A stretch of 64,000 bases of DNA from an uncultured SAR86 cluster bacterium (GTDB lineage Bacteria > Pseudomonadota > Gammaproteobacteria > Magnimaribacterales > D2472): positions 32,626-96,625 of the forward strand of contig CACPON010000002.1 of the NCBI GenBank assembly GCA_902635645.1. The letters run 5' to 3'. The notes under the pieces are model-generated. The model did not search any database. It was not told the DNA's origin and was given only the letters and a program-made list of their open reading frames with translations. Positions 16,594 to 27,647 of the stretch are shown one piece after another (the stretch's first letter is position 1; every line of letters begins with the position of its first letter). The position numbers and the translations under genes were made by a program.

Positions 16594-17840
16594 TGGTTGG
16601 TTTTAAAAAAGTTCCTACAAAGGCTGTTTTATTAACTTTTTTAATATCAATTTTTCTTATCCTGTTATTGTATGTTGATTTTTCAACTGATGACTCTCTT
16701 CCTATAGAAATCATTGAAACAAGTGAAAGCTTTGAAGACACAGCTTCTGAAGTCTTAAGTTATCAAATTCATGAGGTTAAGGATGGAGAAAATTTATCAA
16801 TCATTTTTGAAGATTTTAAGGTCCCTTTAAATACTGCGTATAGAATTTTTAGATTAGATGAAAAAAAACTTCTTTCTAATATAAGACCCGGCGACAAAAT
16901 GAGGTTTACATATCTTGGTGAAGAAATAACTTCTATTGAGATTGGTAAAGATCGAATCAATTCATTATTAATTGACTTAGATGGTGGTATATCCATAAAA
17001 GAGATAAGCAAAGAAATTGAATTAATTCAATCTTTTAAAAGCGGTACTATTAGAACTTCTTTTTATGAAGCTGCTTTAGATGCAGATATTCCCGATAGCA
17101 TCATAATGGATTTTGCATATATTTTTGGATGGGATGTAGATTTTGTATTTGATATAAGAGAGGGTGATTCATTTTTCTTGATATATGAAACACCATTCTC
17201 AGACGGAGAAAAGATTAAAAATGGGGATATAGTTGTTGCCAAATTTATCAATAATGGAAAGGTCTATAAAGCTAATAGATTTTTTACAGATATCAATAAA
17301 AAAGAGTTCTTTGATGATGCAGGAAATAACTTACAAAAGGCTTTTTTAAGGGCTCCCCTTGATTTTGCATATATAAGTTCCCATTTTAATCCCAATAGAA
17401 TGCATCCAGTTCTGCATACAATAAGAGCTCACAACGGTACTGATTATGCAGCCCAAAGAGGTTCGCCAGTGAGAACAACTGGAAACGGAACCATAAAATA
17501 TGCAGGCAGAAGAAATGGATGTGGTAATGAAATTGTTATTCAACATACAAATGACTATTCAACAAGGTATTGCCATCTAGACAAATTTCATTCTGGTATA
17601 AAAAAAGGTAAAAAAGTTTTTCAGGGTGAAACTATTGGGTACGTTGGAAGTACCGGTCTTGCTACAGGACCCCATCTTCATTATGAATTTAAAATAGGAA
17701 ATAAGCATATTGATCCAGTAAAACTTAAATTGCCTTCAGCAGAGCCAATAAGCAAAAATCTAAAGCCTGATTTTGATACACTTATTAGAAACAACATAAT
17801 AATGTTAGAAAAACTAGAATCTTTATACCCTAATGAGTAG
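16593..17840 (+). CDS. M23 family murein endopeptidase (MepM/YebA-like)
   Basis: N-terminal TM, OapA/LysM-like segment (HEVKDGENLSIIF), M23 motifs HNGTDYAA and GPHLHYEF. Confidence 0.85.
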   Translation: MVGFKKVPTKAVLLTFLISIFLILLLYVDFSTDDSLPIEIIETSESFEDTASEVLSYQIHEVKDGENLSIIFEDFKVPLNTAYRIFRLDEKKLLSNIRPGDKMRFTYLGEEITSIEIGKDRINSLLIDLDGGISIKEISKEIELIQSFKSGTIRTSFYEAALDADIPDSIIMDFAYIFGWDVDFVFDIREGDSFFLIYETPFSDGEKIKNGDIVVAKFINNGKVYKANRFFTDINKKEFFDDAGNNLQKAFLRAPLDFAYISSHFNPNRMHPVLHTIRAHNGTDYAAQRGSPVRTTGNGTIKYAGRRNGCGNEIVIQHTNDYSTRYCHLDKFHSGIKKGKKVFQGETIGYVGSTGLATGPHLHYEFKIGNKHIDPVKLKLPSAEPISKNLKPDFDTLIRNNIIMLEKLESLYPNE

Positions 17841-18936
17841 TAATAAAAATATATATATCGGAGCAATGTCAGGCACAAGTCATGATGCGATCGATGTTTC
17901 CATTACAGAGATTGGAAAGGATATCACCTTAAAATCTTTTTTCTCAAAACGAATACCAAACTCAGTAAGAATGAGAATAAAAAATATAATGGAATCAGAT
18001 TCAACCACTTTAACTGAGTTAGGCCAATTAAATAAAAAAATTGGGTATTTGTTTGCTCAAGCTATTAACGAATCTATCAAAAAAGCAAAATTAAAGAAAA
18101 ACAGAATTAACTGTGTTGCAATATCAGGTCAGACAATAAGACATGAAGTTTATAATACAAATCCATTCTCTATGCAGATTGGTGATCCTAATATCGTTTC
18201 TAGTGAAACAGGCCTAACTGTTATTAGTGATTTCAGAAACATGCATATTTCGCTTGGCGGAGAAGGCGCCCCTCTTGTTCCTGAATTCCATAATGAACTA
18301 TTCCATGAAGCTAGAAAATCTAAAATAATTCTTAATATAGGTGGAATTGCAAATTATTCTTATATAAAAAATAAAAACTATCTCTGGGGATCAGATGTCG
18401 GTCCAGGCAATGCTCTCATGGATGCTTACTGCCAAAATTATTTAAATAAACCTTATGATAAAGATGGAAAGATAGCATCAAAAGGAAAGGTCAATACAAA
18501 AGAACTTAATAAACTTTTATCACATAAATTTTTTAAACAAAAATTTCCAAAAAGTACTGGCAAAGAATTGTTTAACTTGCATATGCTTTCTAATAAATTT
18601 TTAAAAGAATCGCCTGAAAATATATTGGCGACCCTCGCCGAATTTACTGCTTTATCAATCTACAAATCAATTAACATGAACAAGCATAAATATAATGAAC
18701 TTGTTGTTTGTGGTGGTGGTGGAAAAAATACATTTTTAATAAAAAGAATAGCTGCTGCAATTAATCAAGAAGTTATTTTATCAAATGATCATGGTTATGA
18801 TATTCAAGCAATTGAGTCTATGGCTTTTGCCTGGATGGGATATAAAAGAATAAATAACCAGGTCATGAGAGTCCAATTAGGAAAAGATAAATTCAATAAG
18901 GGTTTGCTTGGATCGATAACTAAAGCTAAACCGTAA
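17833..18936 (+). CDS. anmK: Anhydro-N-acetylmuramic acid kinase
   Basis: N-terminal GAMSGTSHDAIDV motif, 367 aa. Conserved position next to the M23 peptidase and erpA. Confidence 0.88.
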   Translation: MSSNKNIYIGAMSGTSHDAIDVSITEIGKDITLKSFFSKRIPNSVRMRIKNIMESDSTTLTELGQLNKKIGYLFAQAINESIKKAKLKKNRINCVAISGQTIRHEVYNTNPFSMQIGDPNIVSSETGLTVISDFRNMHISLGGEGAPLVPEFHNELFHEARKSKIILNIGGIANYSYIKNKNYLWGSDVGPGNALMDAYCQNYLNKPYDKDGKIASKGKVNTKELNKLLSHKFFKQKFPKSTGKELFNLHMLSNKFLKESPENILATLAEFTALSIYKSINMNKHKYNELVVCGGGGKNTFLIKRIAAAINQEVILSNDHGYDIQAIESMAFAWMGYKRINNQVMRVQLGKDKFNKGLLGSITKAKP

Positions 18937-19261
18937 AGGACTCTCCACATCCACAAGTGGTTTTTGCATTTGGGTTATTTATTACAAATTTTGCACCAGA
19001 TAAATCTTCAACAAAATCAAGAGTTGACCCAAATAAATATGGATAAGACAGGGAATCAATGAGAACCTGAAAACTTCCAAAGTCTATCACATCATCATCA
19101 AAAGCCTGATCATCATCAAACTTAAAACCATATTGGAATCCAGAACAACCACCACCAGTTACATAAACCCTAAATTTTGAAGATTTATCTTTGCTCAAAA
19201 CGCTTACTATCCTTTCTGATGCGGAATTAGTAAGTATTATTGAGTTGGAATTTTCTTGCAT
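18926..19261 (-). CDS. erpA: Iron-sulfur cluster insertion protein (A-type carrier)
   Basis: 111 aa. GGGCSGFQY and C-terminal CGCGESF cysteine ligands. Confidence 0.85.
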   Translation of the reverse strand: MQENSNSIILTNSASERIVSVLSKDKSSKFRVYVTGGGCSGFQYGFKFDDDQAFDDDVIDFGSFQVLIDSLSYPYLFGSTLDFVEDLSGAKFVINNPNAKTTCGCGESFTV

Positions 19262-19262
19262 A

Positions 19263-19799
19263 TTATTTAACTCTGATAACTTTGATTCTAAGATTATTAG
19301 ATCTGTTGACCATCCAAAAGCCGCCCATCCTACTAACCTCTAGCTCAACAGGTGTGCCCTTTTTAAATTGCCCCGCTTTGCTACTTGATAAAGGAGATTC
19401 AGATTCCCAAACATGGCCATTTTCCAACCTAAAAACAATTTTTTTTGTAATTTGTTTTGTGGCCTTTGTAATAGATGAGAATATTTTAACCTCTTCTTTT
19501 TCAGGAATAAGATTCGCCTTCCTTAGTTGCTTAAAAGATAGGCCAAAAGTCCTTTCATTAGATTTATCTTTCTGTTTGCCCTTTATTAGTTCATTTTTTT
19601 TATCAAAACTGAGTACTTCTTCTTTTTTTTCAATGGGTGTATTTTTCTTGGCAGGCAGATTCTTATTTTTTGCAAAAAAACTGTCATAGCAAGCCAACCT
19701 TTCTGGGCTAGACTTAATGTCAGCACATTGATACGGAGATGATTGTGCCATCACTATGTTTGAACAAAAAAAGCTAAATATTAATAAATATCTATACAT
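19263..19799 (-). CDS. Hypothetical secreted protein (RLACYD motif)
   Basis: 178 aa. Signal peptide, Lys-rich middle, C-terminal beta-rich part. Preferred over the Leu/Ser/Phe-rich antisense ORF at 19240..19689. Confidence 0.5.
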   Translation of the reverse strand: MYRYLLIFSFFCSNIVMAQSSPYQCADIKSSPERLACYDSFFAKNKNLPAKKNTPIEKKEEVLSFDKKNELIKGKQKDKSNERTFGLSFKQLRKANLIPEKEEVKIFSSITKATKQITKKIVFRLENGHVWESESPLSSSKAGQFKKGTPVELEVSRMGGFWMVNRSNNLRIKVIRVK

Positions 19800-19900
19800 A
19801 ACATAAATATACTACATATTAAAAAAATTTGGAGGAGGTAGTAACTAATATAGATATCAAGATAAAATGTTTTAATCTAATAAAAAAATATTAAATTTAA

Positions 19901-20422
19901 ATGAAATCAACTTTATTTATTTATTCATCTACTGATGGTCAAACAAAGACTATTATCTCAAGAATAAAAAGTTTTTTAAGCAATGATATTGACTCCATGC
20001 AAATGCCAATCGCTGAAGTATCAGGAGAAGATATTGCAAAATTTGATAGGATCATAATTGGTGCAAGTATTAGGTATGGCAAGCATAAAAAGGAACTCTA
20101 TGAATTTATAGACTTGCATCTTGATGAACTTGCGAAAAAAGACAATGCTTTTTTCTCTGTTAACGTCGTTGCAAGAAAGCCTGAAAAAAATACTCCTGAT
20201 ACCAACCCCTACATGAAAAAATTCTTATTACAAACTTCATGGGAGCCAAAAAATTTGGCAGTATTTGCTGGCAAAATTGATTACCCAAAATATAATTTTA
20301 TCGATAAGCAGATGATTAGGCTAATAATGTGGATTACTAAAGGTCCAACCAATACTTCTGGCACCTATGAATTTACTGATTGGGATAAAGTTGATAGTTT
20401 TGCCAAGAATGTAATTAAATAA
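19901..20422 (+). CDS. hemG: Protoporphyrinogen IX dehydrogenase (flavodoxin-like, menaquinone-dependent)
   Basis: 173 aa. IIGASIRYGKH...FSVNVVARKPEKNTPDTNPY...YEFTDWDKV closely parallels enterobacterial HemG. Confidence 0.85.
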   Translation: MKSTLFIYSSTDGQTKTIISRIKSFLSNDIDSMQMPIAEVSGEDIAKFDRIIIGASIRYGKHKKELYEFIDLHLDELAKKDNAFFSVNVVARKPEKNTPDTNPYMKKFLLQTSWEPKNLAVFAGKIDYPKYNFIDKQMIRLIMWITKGPTNTSGTYEFTDWDKVDSFAKNVIK

Positions 20423-20476
20423 AAAGCTATAATCCTTGATATCATATATAAATTCTTAAATATCTAAAAAATTATT

Positions 20477-21775
20477 TTGAATAAAATAGAAAAGTCTATA
20501 GCTCTCTTTAATCAAGCAAAATCACTTATGCCTGGGGGCGTTAATTCGCCTGTACGTGCTTTTAAAAATATTAATGGGAATCCTATTTTTTTTGAAAAGG
20601 CACAAGGTGCATATCTTTATGATGCAGATGGAAATAAATATGTTGATTATATTGGTTCTTGGGGCCCTATGATTATGGGTCATTCACACCCAGAAGTTGT
20701 GAATGCAATTAAAAAGCAAGTAGAACTTGGAACTAGCTATGGAGCGCCAACAAGCCTTGAGTCTGATGTGGCTTCACTCATTATTGAGAATGTGCCAAGT
20801 ATTGAAAAAATAAGGATGGTGAATTCTGGTACCGAGGCCACAATGAGTGCTATTAGACTGGCTAGAGGATATACAAATAGAAATAAGATAATTAAATTTG
20901 ATGGTTGTTATCATGGTCATGTCGACTCTCTTTTAATAAAAGCTGGTTCGGGAGTTTCAACCTTTGGATTACCAGATTCACCAGGAATACCTGAAGACTT
21001 AGCTAAACATACAATCACATGTCCATATAATGATGTTGGGGCTTTTATTGAAATCTTTAATTCGGTAAAAGATGATCTTGCTACAGTAATCGTTGAACCC
21101 ATAGCTGGGAATATGGGCTTTGTTCCCGGAACAGAAGAATTTTTAAAAACAATAAGATCATATACTGAAACCAATAACTCTCTTTTAATATTTGATGAAG
21201 TTATGAGTGGTTTTAGAGTATCTCTTGGTGGAGCTCAAGAAATATTTAATATAAAACCTGATTTAACTGCTTTAGGAAAAGTTATTGGGGGTGGGCTGCC
21301 TGTAGGGGCGTTTGGTGGTAAAGAAAAAATAATGAATTATCTTGCTCCAGAAGGCCCTGTATATCAGGCCGGAACCTTATCTGGAAATCCATTGGCAATG
21401 GCTGCTGGTGCAACTTTATTAAATCTATTAATTACCCGAAACCCATTTACAGAATTGGAAGAAAAAGCAAAGCTAATGCTCAATGGTATGAAAGAAATTA
21501 TGGTTTCTTCTGGAATTCCTTTTTCTACCAATCAAATTGGAGGTATGTTTGGCTTCTTTTTTTCTGAAGAGCTACCAAAAAATATTAATGATGTATCTAA
21601 AACGAATGATGAAATGTTTTCATCTTTTATTAATGCCTGTATAAAAAATGGAATATACTTCGCACCTTCAAAATACGAAGCTGGATTTATTTCTGCTACA
21701 CATGGAAATATGGAAATTGATAAAACCCTTGAGGTTGTAAATAAAATAGTTAAAACCGGAGAAATCAACAAATGA
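20477..21775 (+). CDS. hemL: Glutamate-1-semialdehyde 2,1-aminomutase
   Basis: GGVNSPVRAF motif, class III aminotransferase core, 432 aa. TTG start per the ORF track. Confidence 0.95.
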   Translation: MNKIEKSIALFNQAKSLMPGGVNSPVRAFKNINGNPIFFEKAQGAYLYDADGNKYVDYIGSWGPMIMGHSHPEVVNAIKKQVELGTSYGAPTSLESDVASLIIENVPSIEKIRMVNSGTEATMSAIRLARGYTNRNKIIKFDGCYHGHVDSLLIKAGSGVSTFGLPDSPGIPEDLAKHTITCPYNDVGAFIEIFNSVKDDLATVIVEPIAGNMGFVPGTEEFLKTIRSYTETNNSLLIFDEVMSGFRVSLGGAQEIFNIKPDLTALGKVIGGGLPVGAFGGKEKIMNYLAPEGPVYQAGTLSGNPLAMAAGATLLNLLITRNPFTELEEKAKLMLNGMKEIMVSSGIPFSTNQIGGMFGFFFSEELPKNINDVSKTNDEMFSSFINACIKNGIYFAPSKYEAGFISATHGNMEIDKTLEVVNKIVKTGEINK

Positions 21776-22773
21776 AATATGATATTAGTGCGCTTGGAAA
21801 TGCCCTTGTAGATACACAATATAAGGTTAGTCATGAATTTTTATCTAGCGTTGGGCTTGAGGCAGATTCAATGACCCTAGCATCTGCAGAAGAGCAAGCC
21901 CCTATTATAGAAAAGTTAATAAGCATGGGTGCAGAGTCTGTTTCTGACTGTGGTGGATCTGCTACAAATTCATTAGTTGCTGCTGCAAACTATGGATCAA
22001 AATGCCATCACGTTTGTCGTGTTTCAGATGATGAGGATGGTAGAAAGTATCTTGAAAGCTTAAGATCTGCTGGAGTAGAACATATTGGCATCAGTTCTGA
22101 GAATTCAGAGATGCCTACTGGAAAATGCTTAATATTGGTTACTCCGGATGCAAAAAGAACAATGAGTAGCATGCTTGGAGTAAGCGCCTTCTTAGGCTCT
22201 TCAGATATTGATTACGACGTTGTTGAAAATTCTAAAATATTTTATATCGAAGGTTACATGGTAACCAGCGATGATAATTTTAACGCTGTTATATCTGTCT
22301 TAGAGCATCTTAAAGGGAAAGATACCATTAAAGCCCTATCCTTATCTGATGCAGGTATTGTTCATGGCTTTAAAGATAAATTTAAGCAAATTGAATCTTA
22401 TGGTATTGATATGATTTTTTGTAATGATGATGAGGCTATAGCCTTCTCTGATGCTAATGATATTACAGAAGCTGTAGAGTTTTTTAAATCTAAGACCTAT
22501 ATGACTGCAATTACAAAAGGAGCAGAAGGAAGCGTTGTTGTGAAAGATGGCGCTGAAATACATGCAGATGCCCATAAAATAACACCAGTAGATACTAATG
22601 GAGCTGGTGATATGTTTGCAGGATCATTTATGCATGCGTATCTTCAAAATCATGATATCCAAGCTTGTGCAGAATTTAGTAACTTTGCATCATCCAAAAT
22701 TGTTGAAACCTTTGGACCCAGATTAAATGCAGATGGATATGCTGAAGTTGCAAATAAATTAAGAAAAAGCTAG
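21772..22773 (+). CDS. PfkB-family carbohydrate/nucleoside kinase (adenosine kinase-like)
   Basis: 333 aa. C-terminal PfkB signature DTNGAGDMFAGSF. Confidence 0.8.
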   Translation: MKYDISALGNALVDTQYKVSHEFLSSVGLEADSMTLASAEEQAPIIEKLISMGAESVSDCGGSATNSLVAAANYGSKCHHVCRVSDDEDGRKYLESLRSAGVEHIGISSENSEMPTGKCLILVTPDAKRTMSSMLGVSAFLGSSDIDYDVVENSKIFYIEGYMVTSDDNFNAVISVLEHLKGKDTIKALSLSDAGIVHGFKDKFKQIESYGIDMIFCNDDEAIAFSDANDITEAVEFFKSKTYMTAITKGAEGSVVVKDGAEIHADAHKITPVDTNGAGDMFAGSFMHAYLQNHDIQACAEFSNFASSKIVETFGPRLNADGYAEVANKLRKS

Positions 22774-22832
22774 CTTATTTAGTCGGTTTCTGATATTTTC
22801 TCCACCCTAAAATTCTTATTAAAACTAAATTA

Positions 22833-23396
22833 ATGTCAAAAACTAAATCAGCTACTACAAAAAAAACAGTTAAAAAAAACACTACTAAAAAAACTGTAGC
22901 AAAAAAAGCGCCAGCAAAGAAAGTCGTAAAAAAGACTGTTACAAAAAAAACTGTAGCAAAAAAAGCACCTCAAAAGATTGCCAATAATAAATCTAAAATA
23001 GCTCCATATAAATCAAAGAAGAATGAAAAATATATGAGTGCAGCTATGAAAAGACATTTTGTAGCAGTATTACTTTTATGGAAAGAGCACCTTATAGATG
23101 AGATGCAAAAAACCTTTGATCATCTTAAGACTAAAGGCGAAACATATGCAGATCCAGTTGACAGAGCTTCTCAAGAAGAGGAGTTTGCTTTTGAATTAAG
23201 AACTAGAGATAGAGAAAGAAAACTAATTAGCAAGATAGCCGTATCTTTAGAAAAAATTAAACAAGATGACTATGGCTGGTGTGATGCTTGTGGTGATGAA
23301 ATAGGAATTAAGAGACTTGAAGCAAGACCCACAGCTACACATTGCATTCATTGTAAAACTCTTGATGAAATTAAAGAGAAGCAATTAAACGGTTAA
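22833..23396 (+). CDS. dksA: RNA polymerase-binding transcription factor DksA with lysine-rich N-terminal extension
   Basis: Core matches DksA: YMSAAMKRHF, coiled-coil tip DPVDRASQEEEF, C4 zinc finger CDACGDEIGIKRLEARPTATHCIHC. It is preceded by about 55 extra Lys-rich residues. Confidence 0.9.
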   Translation: MSKTKSATTKKTVKKNTTKKTVAKKAPAKKVVKKTVTKKTVAKKAPQKIANNKSKIAPYKSKKNEKYMSAAMKRHFVAVLLLWKEHLIDEMQKTFDHLKTKGETYADPVDRASQEEEFAFELRTRDRERKLISKIAVSLEKIKQDDYGWCDACGDEIGIKRLEARPTATHCIHCKTLDEIKEKQLNG

Positions 23397-23421
23397 TGTT
23401 CTTTAACCCATGTGAAAAAAT

Positions 23422-24657
23422 TTGATCGATAACACAAAAATAAGCAAATTTGCTATATCTGTTATAACAGAATTACAAAAAAATAATTTTCAAGCATATC
23501 TAGTTGGAGGTTGTGTTAGAGATGCTTTGTCTGGGATAGAGCCAAAAGACTTTGATATAGCAACAGATGCTACTCCCGAAGAGGTTCGAAAGATTTTCAA
23601 AGCTTCAAGAATTATTGGTAGGCGTTTTAAGCTTGTGCATGTGTTCAATAGATCTGAACTTCTTGAAGTTGCAACATTCAGATCTGGCAAGAATGGTGCT
23701 GATGATGAATCAAGCTTAATTAAAGATGAAAGCGGTAAAATCCTTAGAGATAATGTTTGGGGTACTTTAGAGCAAGACTGCTACAGAAGAGACTTTACAG
23801 TAAATGCACTCTATTACTGCCCTATTACAAAAAAAATAGAAGATAGAAATAATGGATTAGGCCATATTCATAAAAAAATTATTGTCTCTATTGGAGACCC
23901 TCAATTAAGGTTCGAGGAAGACCCAGTAAGAAGTTTAAGGGCTATAAGGTTTAGTAATAAGCTTGGTTTTAAAATAGACAGCCAAGTAAAAAATGCCATA
24001 TATGATAAAGGTCATTTATTATCAAGCATATCAAATGCTAGGCTATTTGATGAATTTTGTAAGATATTCTTAGGGGGTATGGGAGAAAAGAACTTTAACA
24101 AATTATGCTCATTTAATATAAACAAGTACTTAGTTTTATCTAATCCAAATAAAAATGAGTTTTCACACAATGTTATGCTCCAAGCCCTTAGAAATACAGA
24201 TGATAGAATAAAAAATGACCAATCTGTTACCCCTGGATTCTTATTAGCTGCTTTATTGTGGCCAACATTAATTTCTAGATGTACAAAAAATAATGAAATT
24301 AATATCAGAAAGTTCTTTAGATCTATGGATGGGGTTCTCAGAGAACAGCAAAAACTTACCGCTGTACCAAGAAAATTTAACAGTTATATAAAGGACATAT
24401 GGGTTCTTCAGCTTAAACTTCATAGCAGAATAAAAAGTCAGCCATATAAGACAATTCGACACCCGCGATTCAGAGCAGCATATGATTTTCTTCTTGTAAG
24501 AGAAAAGGCATCATCTGATAAAAATGGATTGGGGAAATGGTGGACTGATTTTCAAAAAAATGATGACTCTCTCAGAGGGTCATTGATTGCAAGAATGAAT
24601 GAAAAAAATGACGCAGATTCTTCTAAAATATTTGGCTTCTATAACGAGTTGAGATAA
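23422..24657 (+). CDS. pcnB: Poly(A) polymerase I
   Basis: GGCVRD nucleotidyltransferase motif plus RRDFTVNALYY. 411 aa. Conserved position downstream of dksA. Confidence 0.9.
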   Translation: MIDNTKISKFAISVITELQKNNFQAYLVGGCVRDALSGIEPKDFDIATDATPEEVRKIFKASRIIGRRFKLVHVFNRSELLEVATFRSGKNGADDESSLIKDESGKILRDNVWGTLEQDCYRRDFTVNALYYCPITKKIEDRNNGLGHIHKKIIVSIGDPQLRFEEDPVRSLRAIRFSNKLGFKIDSQVKNAIYDKGHLLSSISNARLFDEFCKIFLGGMGEKNFNKLCSFNINKYLVLSNPNKNEFSHNVMLQALRNTDDRIKNDQSVTPGFLLAALLWPTLISRCTKNNEINIRKFFRSMDGVLREQQKLTAVPRKFNSYIKDIWVLQLKLHSRIKSQPYKTIRHPRFRAAYDFLLVREKASSDKNGLGKWWTDFQKNDDSLRGSLIARMNEKNDADSSKIFGFYNELR

Positions 24658-24684
24658 TCTAGAGTAAAAACAAATATGTAAATA

Positions 24685-25350
24685 ATGAAGCCAGCTATTA
24701 AAGAAGTTCCACTTCCGAAATATATTGCAATCGAAGGCCCAATAGGAGTTGGTAAGACAACTCTTGCTAACAAAATAGCAACCACATTCAACTATGATGC
24801 ATTTTTAGAGCAACCCGCAGAAAACCCTTTCCTTAAAAATTTCTATAGAAACCCCAGTCAATCTGCTTTAGCTACTCAGCTGTTCTTTTTATTTCAAAGA
24901 ATGCAGCAAATACAAGATTTAAAACAAAGAAGTCTTTTTGAAACAGTTAGGGTTGCTGATTTTTTAATTGAAAAGGATAGATTGTTTGCTGAAGTTACTC
25001 TTTCAAATGAAGAAATGGATCTTTATGACAAGGTTTATAACCATATTACACTTGATGCACCAACCCCTGATTTAGTTATATACCTTCAAGCCCCAATAGA
25101 CGTTCTAAAAGAAAGGATTACAAAAAGAGGAAACATTAATGAACAATATTTAACATTAGAATATCTGGAGAAACTTAATGATGCTTATTCACGATTTTTT
25201 CTTGATTATAACGATGCGCCATTGCTTATCATTAATGCTGCTGACATAAATTTAGAATCTAATGAAAGTGATTATGAATCACTTATCACAACAATAATGT
25301 CAAACCCAAAAGGCAAAAATTTTATTAACCCACAGCCCTCAATAATATAA
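24685..25350 (+). CDS. Deoxynucleoside kinase family protein
   Basis: P-loop IAIEGPIGVGKTTLA, 221 aa, dNK-like layout. Confidence 0.75.
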   Translation: MKPAIKEVPLPKYIAIEGPIGVGKTTLANKIATTFNYDAFLEQPAENPFLKNFYRNPSQSALATQLFFLFQRMQQIQDLKQRSLFETVRVADFLIEKDRLFAEVTLSNEEMDLYDKVYNHITLDAPTPDLVIYLQAPIDVLKERITKRGNINEQYLTLEYLEKLNDAYSRFFLDYNDAPLLIINAADINLESNESDYESLITTIMSNPKGKNFINPQPSII

Positions 25351-25356
25351 AAACTA

Positions 25357-27282
25357 ATGGCTGAAAATATTTTTTATCCCAAAGAAGGAACTAATCCTTT
25401 TATTAAAAACCTTGATGAGTATAAAGATCTATATAAGCAGTCTATAGATAATCCATCAGAATTTTTTGGAAATCTGGCTAAAGAAAATATTCAATGGATA
25501 GAAGAATTTGATACTGTTCACAATGGTGAATTCTCAGAAACAAAATGGTTTGAAGGTGGAAAAACTAATATCAGCGTTAATTGTATTGATAGGCACCTTA
25601 AAAATAATGCTAGTAAAACTGCCATTATTTGGGAAGGCGATGATCCAGATGACTCTAAACAACTTTCTTATCAAGAGCTGCATGATGAAGTATGTAAATT
25701 TGCTAATGTATTAAAAGGGCTTGGAGTAAAAAAGGGTTCTAGGGTATGCATTTATATGCCAATGATCGTTGAAGTTGCATATGCAATGTTGGCCTGTACA
25801 AGAATTGGGGCAATTCACTCAGTTGTCTTTGGTGGATTCTCTCCAGAATCTCTTAAAGATAGAATTCTCGACGCTGATTGTAGAGTTGTAATTACTGCTG
25901 ATGAGGGGGTAAGGGGTGGCAAATCTGTTCCTTTAAAGGCTAATGTCGATGAGGCATTAACGGGATGTCCAAATGTCAGTAAAACATTGGTTATTAAGAG
26001 AACTGGCAATGATATTTCGTGGGATTCAAATAGAGATGTTTGGTATGAGGATTTAGTAAATGATGTGAGTGCTATATGTCAGCCTGAGCCAATGGATTCA
26101 GAAGATCCTCTTTTTATACTTTATACATCAGGCTCTACTGGAAAACCAAAGGGTGTACTTCATTCAACAGCTGGATATTTATTGGGAGCTCACATAAGTT
26201 TTAAATATCTCTTTGGAATAAGGGCTGAAGATAAATATTGGTGTACAGCTGATGTTGGTTGGATTACAGGGCATACCTATATTTTATATGGGCCTCTTTC
26301 AAACGGTGCTACAACTCTAATGTTTGAAGGTGTTCCGACATATCCTTCAGCATCTAGGTGTTGGGAGATATGTGACAAGCATGATATTAGTATTTTTTAT
26401 ACTGCTCCAACTGCAATTAGAGCTTTAATGGCCCAAGGAGATAATGCTGTAACAAAAACTAAGAGAGATAGCCTAAGGATTCTTGGAACTGTGGGTGAGC
26501 CTATTAATCCAGAAGCTTGGGATTGGTATTATAGAGTTGTTGGAAAATCTAATTGTGAAGTTATAGATACTTGGTGGCAAACTGAAACAGGTTCTGTTTT
26601 GATAACTCCTATTGCTGGAGTTACTCCAACAAAACCAGGATCAGCTACACTACCCTTCTTTGGAGTTAAGCCAGAACTTTATGATGAATCTGGCAATGTA
26701 TTAAAAGATGTCAATTCAGGCAATCTAGTTATAGAACAATCATGGCCCAGCCAAATTAGAAGTGTTTACGGCGATCATGAGCGAATGATCAGCACCTATT
26801 TCAGCATGTACAAAGACATCTACTTCACCGGAGATGGGGCAAGAAGAGACGAAGATGGTTATTTCTGGATTACTGGACGAGTTGACGATGTATTAAATGT
26901 TTCTGGTCACAGGCTTGGAACAGCAGAAATTGAAAGTGCCTTAGTGCTTCATCCAAAAATTGCAGAGGCTGCAGTCGTTGGCTTTGAACATCCAATCAAG
27001 GGTCAGGGCATATATGCTTACGTTACATTAATGGTTGGTGAGTCATATATTGAGGGCTTTGATCAAGAGATAAAACAGTTTGTTGCAAAAGAAATAGGTC
27101 CAATTGCAAAACCGGATCTTATTCAAAATGCATACGGTCTTCCAAAAACTCGATCTGGAAAAATCATGCGAAGAATTCTTAGAAAAATAGCTGAAGGTGA
27201 TTTATCTAATTTAGGCGATACAACGACCTTAGCAGACCCTGCTGTTGTAGAATCTTTAATAGAAAATAGGCAAATACTATGA
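25357..27282 (+). CDS. acs: Acetyl-CoA synthetase
   Basis: 641 aa. AMP-binding motif [19 protein letters not shown]-terminal [11 protein letters not shown]. Confidence 0.95.
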   Translation: MAENIFYPKEGTNPFIKNLDEYKDLYKQSIDNPSEFFGNLAKENIQWIEEFDTVHNGEFSETKWFEGGKTNISVNCIDRHLKNNASKTAIIWEGDDPDDSKQLSYQELHDEVCKFANVLKGLGVKKGSRVCIYMPMIVEVAYAMLACTRIGAIHSVVFGGFSPESLKDRILDADCRVVITADEGVRGGKSVPLKANVDEALTGCPNVSKTLVIKRTGNDISWDSNRDVWYEDLVNDVSAICQPEPMDSEDPLFILYTSGSTGKPKGVLHSTAGYLLGAHISFKYLFGIRAEDKYWCTADVGWITGHTYILYGPLSNGATTLMFEGVPTYPSASRCWEICDKHDISIFYTAPTAIRALMAQGDNAVTKTKRDSLRILGTVGEPINPEAWDWYYRVVGKSNCEVIDTWWQTETGSVLITPIAGVTPTKPGSATLPFFGVKPELYDESGNVLKDVNSGNLVIEQSWPSQIRSVYGDHERMISTYFSMYKDIYFTGDGARRDEDGYFWITGRVDDVLNVSGHRLGTAEIESALVLHPKIAEAAVVGFEHPIKGQGIYAYVTLMVGESYIEGFDQEIKQFVAKEIGPIAKPDLIQNAYGLPKTRSGKIMRRILRKIAEGDLSNLGDTTTLADPAVVESLIENRQIL

Positions 27283-27641
27283 ATAAAATACTAATATTTT
27301 TATCATTGCTTCTAATTCAGGGTTGCTTAATTTCTCCGAAAGAGTTGGATGAATTAAATGCTGACAACAACTTTTACTCTCCTGCACAAACAATCAAATG
27401 TATGCAAATGCCATCTCCTCAAAGACCCACGCCAATAAATAAAAAGGGAGAGACAAGAGAAAGTTATGATCAAAGCGATTGTTATGATGATCTACTTACT
27501 AAAAACACGAGAGAGCTAACATTAGAATTTAAAAAATCATCAATAGAACTTAAGAAAAAAGAAGAAAGTATTGAACTAGCTAAAAGCACTGATGATATTG
27601 ATATAGAGGCCATAGAAGAAAAAGTTCTTAAAAAAAAATAA
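27279..27641 (+). CDS. Hypothetical lipoprotein
   Basis: 120 aa. LIQGC lipobox, charged Lys/Glu-rich C-terminus. ATGA overlap with the acs stop. Confidence 0.5.
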   Translation: MNKILIFLSLLLIQGCLISPKELDELNADNNFYSPAQTIKCMQMPSPQRPTPINKKGETRESYDQSDCYDDLLTKNTRELTLEFKKSSIELKKKEESIELAKSTDDIDIEAIEEKVLKKK

Positions 27642-27647
27642 AAAAGA

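Noticed and set aside
19240-19689. 149-aa plus-strand ORF overlapping the 19263..19799 minus-strand gene
   Set aside because: Its Leu/Ser/Phe-rich, low-complexity composition is typical of the antisense frame of a Lys-rich gene in AT-rich DNA. The minus-strand ORF has a signal peptide and fills the gap between erpA and hemG.
19831-19838. GGAGGAGG purine run in the spacer upstream of hemG (possible SD for a hidden small gene)
   Set aside because: Nothing translatable follows. The nearest ATG (19867) opens a 2-codon ORF, and hemG starts 63 nt further on.
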